In this document: in pieces, positions 55,701 through 63,939 of the stretch
Layout: every line of letters starts with the position of its first letter
How positions within the stretch are numbered: the stretch's first letter is position 1
Assembly: GCA_945869265.1 (NCBI GenBank)
Contig: CAMBOI010000007.1
Coordinates: forward strand, 6,985-70,984
From: an uncultured Prevotella sp.
Lineage (GTDB): Bacteria; Bacteroidota; Bacteroidia; Bacteroidales; Bacteroidaceae
Reading direction: 5' to 3'
DNA length: 64,000 bases
Notes under the pieces: model-generated
What the model saw: only the letters and a program-made list of their open reading frames with translations
Told to the model about the DNA's origin: nothing
The model's database searches: none
Position numbers and translations under genes: made by a program

Positions 55701-56249
55701 TTATCTCGCAGCATAGAAGAAGCCTCTACCTGTGGCTGTGGCAACCTCGTTGAGACCCATCTCGTCAACAGTCACGTCCATTTTCTTGTCGCCCAGGTTC
55801 ACCTGTATAGTGCCGTTGTCGTTGAATCGGAATATCTCAACCAATTTGCCGTTTTCCATCTGCGACCACGAGTCGTTGTTCTTGTCATATACAAAGCAGG
55901 TCACTTTGCCGTCGGGAGCCTTGATCTCATATCCGTTCTTCAAGGTCTTCACGGCATAGTATCTGCCGTCCTGTCCTTGCACTTTGACAGTCTTGCCCAC
56001 ATTGCTTGCGATAGGGTTGGAACCGCTCCAGAACTCAATGGAGTTGAGCACCAGTGCATCGGCAACCGAACATACGGCATAGGCAGGCGAGATAACGATA
56101 AAGATAATCTCGTTGAGGAACTTCGATCCTGTCGCGTCCTTATTCCAAGATGCCAACTTGTTGAACAACGAGAACGAACCTACACATGATGTTGTAAGCA
56201 TTGTGGCACACATGAGAAGTGTAGCCACGGTAAAAAACCTTCTTTTCAT
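55701..56249 (-). CDS. DUF3332-like lipoprotein
   Basis: Lipobox LTTSC. GSFSLFNKLASWNKDATGSKFLNEIIF...DALVLNSIEFWSGSNP matches my memory of DUF3332. Confidence 0.6.
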   Translation of the reverse strand: MKRRFFTVATLLMCATMLTTSCVGSFSLFNKLASWNKDATGSKFLNEIIFIVISPAYAVCSVADALVLNSIEFWSGSNPIASNVGKTVKVQGQDGRYYAVKTLKNGYEIKAPDGKVTCFVYDKNNDSWSQMENGKLVEIFRFNDNGTIQVNLGDKKMDVTVDEMGLNEVATATGRGFFYAAR

Positions 56250-56522
56250 TTTTCTTTCTGTTTTTGATTATTGAATAATACTCTTTTTTATGTCTATGGT
56301 TTAATCCGGGTGTAAAGATAAGAATATAATTCCATATTTGGTTAATAATCCATATATATTTATTGATTTTTATGTTTTTTATGTATTTATGAAATGACAT
56401 TCTGATGATTGTTAATGTCAAAATGATACTGATATTTGAGTCATAAGTGTTAAAAAGTAAGCAAAATCTTGTAATATCGTACATTTCCTTCGAAAATATT
56501 TGGTTATTTTAGACAAAATGTA

Positions 56523-56530
56523 TAACTTTG
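56523..56530 (+). promoter_or_regulatory. -7 promoter box TAacTTTG of the ATP-grasp operon
   Basis: tgtaTAACTTTGcagtcg, with TTTGG 19 nt upstream (-33-like). The leader is about 80 nt. Confidence 0.55.
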
Positions 56531-56616
56531 CAGTCGAAAACTTGACAAGTTGTAATTGTCGTGACAGGATGACATAACAATTATGGTATGGTTAATACAA
56601 CAAAACACAGGATATT

Positions 56617-57945
56617 ATGGGAATAAACATTAAGGAATTGACAGACAGTAGGGACACCGTCAACAAGTGGATGGAACGATTTGGAGTCCGCTTCGGTGTT
56701 TACAAGAAGGGCGTATTCAACGAGCAGCTTTTCCCCTTTGACTCTGTGCCGAGGATAATACCCAAGAAGGATTGGGATTATCTGGAGCGTGGATTGGAAC
56801 AGCGAGTGCGTGCCCTCAACATGTTCTTATGGGACATTTATCACGAGAAAAAGATTATCAAGGACGGAGTGGTGCCCGAGGAATTCGTGTATTCCTCAAA
56901 GGGATATATGCCACAATGCGAAGGCATTAGTCCTACGGGTAAGGTGTATGCCCACATCGCCGGTATCGACCTCGTTGAGGGGAAGAACGGTCAGTGGTAT
57001 GTATTGGAGGATAACCTCAGGATACCCTCAGGCGCAAGCTATCCGATGATTGCGAGGATGATTACCCGCAAGGTGGCGCCACAGACTTTCTCGATGAATG
57101 CAGTGGCCGACAACCGTGATTATGCCGACATGTTGCGCCAGATGATGGACGACATGAATCAGGATCGTGGTATAGCAGTCATTCTTACTCCTGGCAGATA
57201 TAATTCTGCTTTCTTCGAACATTCTTATTTTGCCGAAAAGACCGGTGCCACATTGGCATATCCGGGTGATATGTTCGTAGAGGACAACAAGGTGTATTAT
57301 GCAGGTATGTATAAGGAGAAGACTCGTGTGGGATGTATCTATCGTCGTGTGAGCGACGAGTATATGGACCCCATGATGTTCGAGCCCTCGTCGCTTCTTG
57401 GCATCCCCAACGTGATGCAGGCCTACAAGGCTGGCAATGTCGCTCTCATCAATGCCATCGGCAATGGTGTGGCCGACGACAAGGGTATCTATTACTTTGT
57501 GCCTAAGATGGTGAAGTATTATCTCGGCGAGGAGTCGATACTTCAGAATGCTCCCACCTATCTGCCGTATTTCAAGGAGGATTATGATTATGTGATGGCA
57601 AATATCGACAAACTCGTCATCAAGGATGTGAGTGAGGCTGGTGGATACGGAGTGGTGTTCGGTTCGGAACTTGCTCCCGACAAACTGCAAGAACTCAAGG
57701 GCTTGATTGAGCGCTATCCTCGTCGTTGGATTGCACAGGAAGTGGTGGATTTCAAAGACCTCGAGATACTCGAGGATGGAGAACTCGTATGGCGTAAGGC
57801 CGACCTGAGAGCATTCGTGGTGAGCGGCAATGAGACTAAGGTATGGAAGAGTGGACTGACCCGATTCTCGCGTAACCCCGACTCCTTTGTTGTCAACTCG
57901 TCGCAGGGAGGCGGATTCAAGGACACATGGGTAATGACAGAATAA
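56617..57945 (+). CDS. circularly permuted type-2 ATP-grasp protein
   Basis: 442 aa. ...FPFDSVPRIIPKKDWDYLERGLEQRVRALNMFL.DIY...., GIDLV....G.WYVLEDNLR.PSG.SY, and NA.GNGVADDK are characteristic of the CP_ATPgrasp_2 (DUF404/DUF407) family. Confidence 0.8.
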   Translation: MGINIKELTDSRDTVNKWMERFGVRFGVYKKGVFNEQLFPFDSVPRIIPKKDWDYLERGLEQRVRALNMFLWDIYHEKKIIKDGVVPEEFVYSSKGYMPQCEGISPTGKVYAHIAGIDLVEGKNGQWYVLEDNLRIPSGASYPMIARMITRKVAPQTFSMNAVADNRDYADMLRQMMDDMNQDRGIAVILTPGRYNSAFFEHSYFAEKTGATLAYPGDMFVEDNKVYYAGMYKEKTRVGCIYRRVSDEYMDPMMFEPSSLLGIPNVMQAYKAGNVALINAIGNGVADDKGIYYFVPKMVKYYLGEESILQNAPTYLPYFKEDYDYVMANIDKLVIKDVSEAGGYGVVFGSELAPDKLQELKGLIERYPRRWIAQEVVDFKDLEILEDGELVWRKADLRAFVVSGNETKVWKSGLTRFSRNPDSFVVNSSQGGGFKDTWVMTE

Positions 57946-57965
57946 TTTAAAGTTAAGATTTAAAG

Positions 57966-58664
57966 ATGGTAAAAAGTGATATAATATCAGCCACTAAGGC
58001 AAACAGACTTTACTGGCTTGGAAGGTATGAAATGAGAGTGTATCTCACTCTCCATCAGATGAACAAGTGTTGTGACAAGATGATCGACGGTCACGAGGAT
58101 GATTATCTCGCATTTTGGGAGAAACTGGATGTAGAGGGAGTGTATAAGACAAACGACGAGTTTACCTTTGGTATGCTTTACGACGAGAATAACACATCGT
58201 CGGTTATATCCGCCCAGCGATTCGCTATGGACAATGCCATGATGCTTCGCGAGGACATCATGTCGGAGACCCTTAGCTATCTCGAGATGAGCATTGCCCT
58301 GATGAAGAAACTCAAGGCGGCTCACGAAATGAATATCACAGCCCTACAGCCTGTCATCGACTGGTCGCTGGCTTTCTGGGGCTCGGCCGAACAGCGTCTG
58401 CAGAACCACAAGGCTCTCAACATCATGATGATCGGTCGCAATGTCGAGAATATGGATATGCTCACTCGTTTTGGTTATCCCTATCGTCGTCTCTCCCTTG
58501 CCTATGATTCGCTCAAGCGCTATTGCAAGGAAATGACTGGTGCACTGGATGCCAACATCGAGAGCCAGTTGGACAATATGATTGTCGAGAGTAAGTTTAA
58601 TCTCGATGATCCCCAATTTAAGGGCAAACTCATAAAATATATCAACCAGCTCGTAAGAGTATGA
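57966..58664 (+). CDS. alpha-E domain protein (short form)
   Basis: ATKANRLYWLGRYEMRV at the N-terminus and an all-helical composition. 232 aa, shorter than the ~300 aa I recall as typical. Confidence 0.7.
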   Translation: MVKSDIISATKANRLYWLGRYEMRVYLTLHQMNKCCDKMIDGHEDDYLAFWEKLDVEGVYKTNDEFTFGMLYDENNTSSVISAQRFAMDNAMMLREDIMSETLSYLEMSIALMKKLKAAHEMNITALQPVIDWSLAFWGSAEQRLQNHKALNIMMIGRNVENMDMLTRFGYPYRRLSLAYDSLKRYCKEMTGALDANIESQLDNMIVESKFNLDDPQFKGKLIKYINQLVRV

Positions 58665-59452
58665 AGCGATACATATACAATTATCAGACCATAGTCACGT
58701 TCAGCGAGAGCGTCATCAACCATTCTGTCCTTCTCAGGTGTCAACCGGCTGTGGGAGCCTATATGACTGTTGATGAGGAACATCTCATCATCTCACCAGG
58801 ATTCCGCCTGACCAAGAGCGTCGATCAGTTGGGCAACCGCATCGTATATGGAGCTCAGCGTGAGGCACACATGTCCTTGGCCTATGTCAGTGCGGGAATA
58901 GTGTCGATGTCGCCTTATATCATAAGGAACGAGAGGGAATTCAATCCCGTTTATCTGGTGCAGACTCGGCTTACCGACATAGGGCAGTGGACACCCGATG
59001 CCGAAGCAACGGGCATTCCTACCGAAGGGAGCGCCTTGCAGGGGCATGCCATCGACGTCGCCCAGGAGATATGCCACAAGGTGTATGGGATGATGACCTA
59101 CGTGCCGTTCTCCACCAATGTCGAGACCACGGCATCACATGTGCTGACGACATTACAGGGCGTGTGTCAGGACTATGCTCATCTGATGATTGGATTTTGT
59201 AGGAGGTGTGGAATACCCGCACGTTATGTGTGCGGATTCTTGGAAGGTACGGGTGAAACCCATGCCTGGGTCGAGGTGTATGACGGCTATAGTTGGATAG
59301 GTTTTGATCCTACCAACGACTGCCGCATCATCTACGGCTATGTCAAGCTCGCCCACGGTCGCGACGCCTCAGATTGTCCTGTCAGTCGTGGAATATATGG
59401 CGGACAGGCATTGCAGCAAACTCAAATCAGCGTAACATTAAAAGAAATATGA
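58661..59452 (+). CDS. transglutaminase-like cysteine peptidase family protein
   Basis: Bact_transglu_N-like N-terminus and an intact Cys-His-Asp triad: GVCQDYAHLM, THAWVEVY, GFDPTND. Its start overlaps the upstream stop (ATGA). Confidence 0.85.
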   Translation: MKRYIYNYQTIVTFSESVINHSVLLRCQPAVGAYMTVDEEHLIISPGFRLTKSVDQLGNRIVYGAQREAHMSLAYVSAGIVSMSPYIIRNEREFNPVYLVQTRLTDIGQWTPDAEATGIPTEGSALQGHAIDVAQEICHKVYGMMTYVPFSTNVETTASHVLTTLQGVCQDYAHLMIGFCRRCGIPARYVCGFLEGTGETHAWVEVYDGYSWIGFDPTNDCRIIYGYVKLAHGRDASDCPVSRGIYGGQALQQTQISVTLKEI

Positions 59453-60381
59453 TAAAGACAATCGTATCGACGTCACTGCCCATCAACGAGCGGTTCGCGA
59501 TAAGGAAAAACATTATTAAAAACGGAAAAGGAAATAGACGCGTGTGTATAGTCACCGGCACTCATGGTGACGAACTCGAAGGACAGATGGTGTGCTATCT
59601 CGTGGCAAAGCAACTCAACGAGAATCTCGACCTTCTCGACGGCACGGTGGAGATTTATCCCGCACTCAATCCTCTTGGCATCGACACTATCCAGAGGGGC
59701 ATACCCAACTTCGATCTTGACATGAACCGCATCTTTCCCGGAAATCCCAACGGAACAATGGCAGAACAGACTGCCCATCTCATCGTGGAAGACCTCAAGG
59801 GTGCCGACCTCGTGTTCGACATTCATTCAAGCAACCTCTATCTCAGGGAAACGCCACAGGTGAGGATAAATGTATTGAACGAAAAGGAACTGGTGCCGCT
59901 TGCCCAGCGTCTCAACATCGACTTTGTATGGGTGCACGATGCAGCCACCGTGTTGGAGTCAACCCTTGCCCATTCACTTAATTCCATCGGCACCAAGTGT
60001 CTTGTGGCGGAATTGGGAGTGGGACAGCGTATCAATCACAAGATGTGCAACCGTCTCACCCTCGGCATCTTCAATCTAATGAAAGATTTAGGAATGTGGA
60101 AGGGAGAAATCCAACAAAGCCTTATCTCCAATCCTATAGTGTGCAAGGGCGACAACGTGGAGTTTCTTAATGCCGCCACATCTGGCATCTTCATCACCGA
60201 GCTCAAATGCGGAGTGGTAGTTGCTGAGGGTGAGGAGATAGGACAGATAGTGGAACCGATGACTGGTACGGTGCTCAGTAGGGTGATATCTCCTGTCGAG
60301 GGATATATGTTCACCATCCGTGCTTATCCCATAGTATATGAGGGTTCGCTGATGGCGAGAATCTTTAGAATTAGGAATTAA
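59449..60381 (+). CDS. AstE/AspA (succinylglutamate desuccinylase/aspartoacylase, M14-like) family zinc hydrolase, intact copy
   Basis: VCIVTGTHGDELEG (HxxE zinc motif), NP.G, DLVFDIHSS (second His). Start set to ATG 59449, overlapping the upstream stop (ATGA). Confidence 0.8.
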   Translation: MIKTIVSTSLPINERFAIRKNIIKNGKGNRRVCIVTGTHGDELEGQMVCYLVAKQLNENLDLLDGTVEIYPALNPLGIDTIQRGIPNFDLDMNRIFPGNPNGTMAEQTAHLIVEDLKGADLVFDIHSSNLYLRETPQVRINVLNEKELVPLAQRLNIDFVWVHDAATVLESTLAHSLNSIGTKCLVAELGVGQRINHKMCNRLTLGIFNLMKDLGMWKGEIQQSLISNPIVCKGDNVEFLNAATSGIFITELKCGVVVAEGEEIGQIVEPMTGTVLSRVISPVEGYMFTIRAYPIVYEGSLMARIFRIRN

Positions 60382-60398
60382 GAATTAGGGATTAGGAA
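60364..60398. repeat. five tandem heptamers TT(T/A)(A/G)G(A/G)A
   Basis: tttagaa ttaggaa ttaagaa ttaggga ttaggaa encodes the last residues (FRIRN*) of AstE copy 1, fills the spacer, and runs into the A of the ATG of copy 2. Confidence 0.85.
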
Positions 60399-61330
60399 TG
60401 AGAATTGAGACAATATTTCAGATGAAGTCACCCTATAGGGATGATTTCCGCATCGATGGCTATTGGTTTGGCTCGGGCGAGAAAACCGTGGCTATAGTAG
60501 GTGCGATGCGAGGCGATGAGATACAGCAGCAATATATTTGTGCGCGTATAGTTGAGGCTTTGAAGGAAGCCGAATTAAGGGGAAAAATAGCCGATGGCAA
60601 GAGCATATTGGTTATACCGTCATGCAATCCGTTTTCGATGAACGTGTCGAAGAGGTTCTGGGCAATGGACGGTACCGACATCAACCGTATGTTCCCGGGA
60701 TATGACAAGGGAGAGACTACCCAGCGCATTGCCGCTGCTGTGTTTGAATACATCAAGGACTTCGAGTATGGCATGCAGATGGCAAGCTTTTATATGCCGG
60801 GAGATTTCGTCCCCCATGTACGTATGCTCAAGACGGGATATGAGGATATTGAAACGGCACAGCTCTTTGGCATGCCCTTTGTCACTGTGCGCAAACCCCT
60901 TCCGTTTGACACCACATTGCTCAACTACAACTGGCAGATATGGGACACCAAGGCTTTCTCCATCTATGCCGGACAGACTAATTATGTGGAGGATTCCACC
61001 AGCGGACAGACCATCGACTCTATTCTGCGTTTCCTCAAAAAGATACATGTGCTCGACGTGAGGGTGCAGAATGCCGGATACGAGTCAATTGTATTGGATG
61101 AGGATGAACTGGTGAATATCATAGCCCGTCGTGCCGGAATCTTCTATCGTATAATAGGAGCCGGTCCGCATGTCAAGGAGGGTCAGGTGCTGGCTCGCAT
61201 CCTCGACCCCTACGATTGTAGTGTGCTCGAAGAGATAAAGGCTCCTGTCGGAGGCACAGTATTCTTTGCCTACAACAAGCCTCTTACCCTCGAACATGCC
61301 ATCCTCTACCGCATACAGAAATTCGACTAG
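60398..61330 (+). CDS. AstE/AspA-family paralog with degenerate metal-binding motifs
   Basis: It aligns by eye to copy 1 but has VAIVGAMRGDEIQQ (Arg for the first His) and YGMQMASF where copy 1 has VFDIHSS. Confidence 0.75.
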   Translation: MRIETIFQMKSPYRDDFRIDGYWFGSGEKTVAIVGAMRGDEIQQQYICARIVEALKEAELRGKIADGKSILVIPSCNPFSMNVSKRFWAMDGTDINRMFPGYDKGETTQRIAAAVFEYIKDFEYGMQMASFYMPGDFVPHVRMLKTGYEDIETAQLFGMPFVTVRKPLPFDTTLLNYNWQIWDTKAFSIYAGQTNYVEDSTSGQTIDSILRFLKKIHVLDVRVQNAGYESIVLDEDELVNIIARRAGIFYRIIGAGPHVKEGQVLARILDPYDCSVLEEIKAPVGGTVFFAYNKPLTLEHAILYRIQKFD

Positions 61331-61695
61331 AGCTTTGAGAGAAAGCGCTCACGATCCACGATGAATCGCAGGTGCTTTCCCTCACCTATGACATCGTTTC
61401 CCTGCCGGGCCACAACCGAGAAATATAGTTTTCTTCCGTCAATCTTGTCAAGGGTGGCAGTTGCCTCCACCTCTGCGCCTATAGGCGATGGTTTGAGATG
61501 CGACGACTCGATATGCCCGCCCACAGTGGTGGAGCCTTCTGGCAGATGTGAGCTCACTGCCAGCATTGCGGCATTCTCCATCAGAGCCATCATTGACGGA
61601 GTGGCGAATACGGGCATGTCGCCCGAACCCAATGCTATGGCGGTATTTCTTTCATCCACCACAGTCTTGCTTGTATAAGTTAATCCTGTTTCCAT
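61327..61695 (-). CDS. hotdog-fold thioesterase family protein
   Basis: 122 aa. TAIALGSGDMPVFATPSMMALMENAA... resembles small acyl-CoA thioesterases (FlK-like). Its stop overlaps the AstE copy-2 stop at CTAG. Confidence 0.65.
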   Translation of the reverse strand: METGLTYTSKTVVDERNTAIALGSGDMPVFATPSMMALMENAAMLAVSSHLPEGSTTVGGHIESSHLKPSPIGAEVEATATLDKIDGRKLYFSVVARQGNDVIGEGKHLRFIVDRERFLSKL

Positions 61696-61842
61696 AATGC
61701 AATTTTTTATTGTTTTGTCAATGCAAAGGTAACTAAAAAGCCCGTATTATGCAAATTTAAGACGCAAAAGTTTGCCGTATCCCAAAAAATAACTACTTTT
61801 GCACATTCATTTATCATAAATAATAATATAATACATCAAGAA

Positions 61843-62355
61843 ATGGCATTAATAAAATCTATAAAAGGCTTAACCCCGAAATGGGGACGTGACTGTTATT
61901 TCAGTGAGAATGCCACCATCGTTGGCGAAGTCACTATGGGTGATGAATGTTCCATCTGGTTTAATGCTGTGGTACGTGGAGATGTGGCTCCCATCACCAT
62001 CGGCAACCGCACCAACGTGCAGGATGGTTCGTGCATTCATGTCACCAACACCACTGGTCCCACCGTCATTGGCAATGATGTCACCATAGGTCACAATGCC
62101 ACAGTGCATGCCTGCACCATTCGCGACGGAGCTCTCATTGGTATGGGTGCCACCTTGCTCGATCATTGTGATATTGGCGAGGGTGCCGTAGTTGCAGCCG
62201 GTGCATTGGTACTTCAGAACACCAAGATTGGTCCTCACGAGTTATGGGGTGGTGTTCCTGCCAAGTTTATCAAGGAGACCAAGGAGAATCAAGCCGAGAG
62301 CTTCGGTCAGCACTATGTGGAATACTCCAAGTGGTATCTTGCTGAGCAGGAATAA
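61843..62355 (+). CDS. gamma-class carbonic anhydrase-like hexapeptide-repeat protein (YrdA/PaaY family)
   Basis: Left-handed beta-helix hexapeptide repeats (IGNRTNVQDGSCIH, IGNDVTIGHNATVH, ALIGMGATLLD). Confidence 0.8.
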   Translation: MALIKSIKGLTPKWGRDCYFSENATIVGEVTMGDECSIWFNAVVRGDVAPITIGNRTNVQDGSCIHVTNTTGPTVIGNDVTIGHNATVHACTIRDGALIGMGATLLDHCDIGEGAVVAAGALVLQNTKIGPHELWGGVPAKFIKETKENQAESFGQHYVEYSKWYLAEQE

Positions 62356-62495
62356 CGGCATAAATATAGCTATCAATCCTTCGCTATTTTGCCGCAAAAG
62401 GTTAAAAATCCCTTATTGCGGCAAATTTAACGCCTCTTATTTTGCCGCAATTGATATTTTTTTGTATCTTTGCGGCAAAATAACGGCATAAATAT
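62351..62495 (+). promoter_or_regulatory. 17-bp direct repeats flanking four TTGC(C/G)GCAA palindromes and a -7 box
   Basis: aataacggcataaatat occurs at 62351-62367 and 62479-62495. Palindromes are at 62389-97, 62416-24, 62442-50 and 62470-78. The -7 box TAtcTTTG at 62465-72 overlaps the last palindrome. Confidence 0.7.
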
Positions 62496-63939
62496 GGCAC
62501 AAAAAATTATTGGAAGGCAAAAGGAGCAACAGGAGCTTTGGGATTTATACAATTCAGGCAGACCAGAACTTGTTGTTGTTCAGGGAAGGCGCAGGGTGGG
62601 CAAGACCTATCTTGTGAGAGAATTGTTTGATAGCAAGATGACATTCTATCATACAGGTCTATCACCTGCAGAACTTTCTGCCGAAAAAGGCAGTTTGCAA
62701 AAAATGCAACTTGCAAGTTTTTATTCATCACTCGTGAGGTATGGATATAATGGCACTGCACCCAATAATTGGCTCGAGGCATTTGACAAACTAAGAGATT
62801 TATTGGAATCCAAGGATAGAGAAGAACGACTGGTTGTATTCATAGACGAACTGCCTTGGATGGATACTCCACGATCGTTTTTCATCTCAGCCTTTGAGCA
62901 TTTCTGGAATGGATGGGGTTCGGGAAGAAGCAACCTCATGCTTATTGTGTGCGGTTCAGCCACCTCATGGATTAATGACAAGATAATCAATAACAAGGGT
63001 GGACTGTACAATAGAATAACAGCCGAAATAATATTGACACCATTCTCTCTTGGCGAATGTGAACAACTCTACAAGCATCTCGGTGTGGCAATGGATCGTT
63101 ACGACCAGTTGCAGGCATATATGATAACAGGAGGCATACCTTATTATATTGTCATGATGGACAAGAGGCTCAGCCTTGCCCAAAACATTGACAATCTATT
63201 TTTTGTAAAGAGTGCAAAACTGAAAAATGAGTTTACGCGACTTTTCAATTCGCTATTTACTAATCCCGATGACTATATCACTATCGTCAAGCTGCTGGGT
63301 AATAAGCGAATAGGATATACGAGAAAAGAGATTGCCGAAGAAACATCAATAGCATACGGAGGGGGACTTACAGCAATTCTCAAGGCACTCGAAGCAAGTT
63401 GTTTCATTGAGGCTTACACGCCATATAATGGTTCAAACCGCGATATTCGTTATCGTCTCACCGATCCATTTTGCCTTTTCTTTACGCATTTTCTTGATAC
63501 GAACAAAAGTACTGACCCTCAATTTTGGCAAAATAACTTGCTGATGCCAACACTCACAGCATGGCGTGGATTTGCTTTTGAGAATGTATGCACTCTCCAC
63601 ATCAAGCAGATTAAGCAGGCTCTCGGCATAAATGGAGTTTATACAGAGTGTTCGTCATGGAGTAGTAAGTCTTCGCATCGTGCAGCTCAAATAGATCTTG
63701 TGATTGACAGAGCCGACCATGTAGTAAACCTTTGCGAAATGAAATTCACTGCGGATGATTTTCATATAGATAAATCGTGTGATGCAGACTTGCGCCACAA
63801 ACTTACCACATTTATAGAGGAGACGAAATGCCGTTCTTCAATACACATTACCCTCGTGACAACATATTCATTATCGCGCAATGAATATTCAGGAAGAGTG
63901 CAGAGTGTAGTAACAATGGACGACTTGTTTAAAATATGA
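62494..63939 (+). CDS. AAA-type ATP-binding protein (archaeal-ATPase/DUF234-like family)
   Basis: IIGRQKEQQEL...VVVQGRRRVGKTYLVREL (Walker A) and LVVFIDELPWM (Walker B). Start set to ATG 62494. Confidence 0.75.
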   Translation: MAQKIIGRQKEQQELWDLYNSGRPELVVVQGRRRVGKTYLVRELFDSKMTFYHTGLSPAELSAEKGSLQKMQLASFYSSLVRYGYNGTAPNNWLEAFDKLRDLLESKDREERLVVFIDELPWMDTPRSFFISAFEHFWNGWGSGRSNLMLIVCGSATSWINDKIINNKGGLYNRITAEIILTPFSLGECEQLYKHLGVAMDRYDQLQAYMITGGIPYYIVMMDKRLSLAQNIDNLFFVKSAKLKNEFTRLFNSLFTNPDDYITIVKLLGNKRIGYTRKEIAEETSIAYGGGLTAILKALEASCFIEAYTPYNGSNRDIRYRLTDPFCLFFTHFLDTNKSTDPQFWQNNLLMPTLTAWRGFAFENVCTLHIKQIKQALGINGVYTECSSWSSKSSHRAAQIDLVIDRADHVVNLCEMKFTADDFHIDKSCDADLRHKLTTFIEETKCRSSIHITLVTTYSLSRNEYSGRVQSVVTMDDLFKI

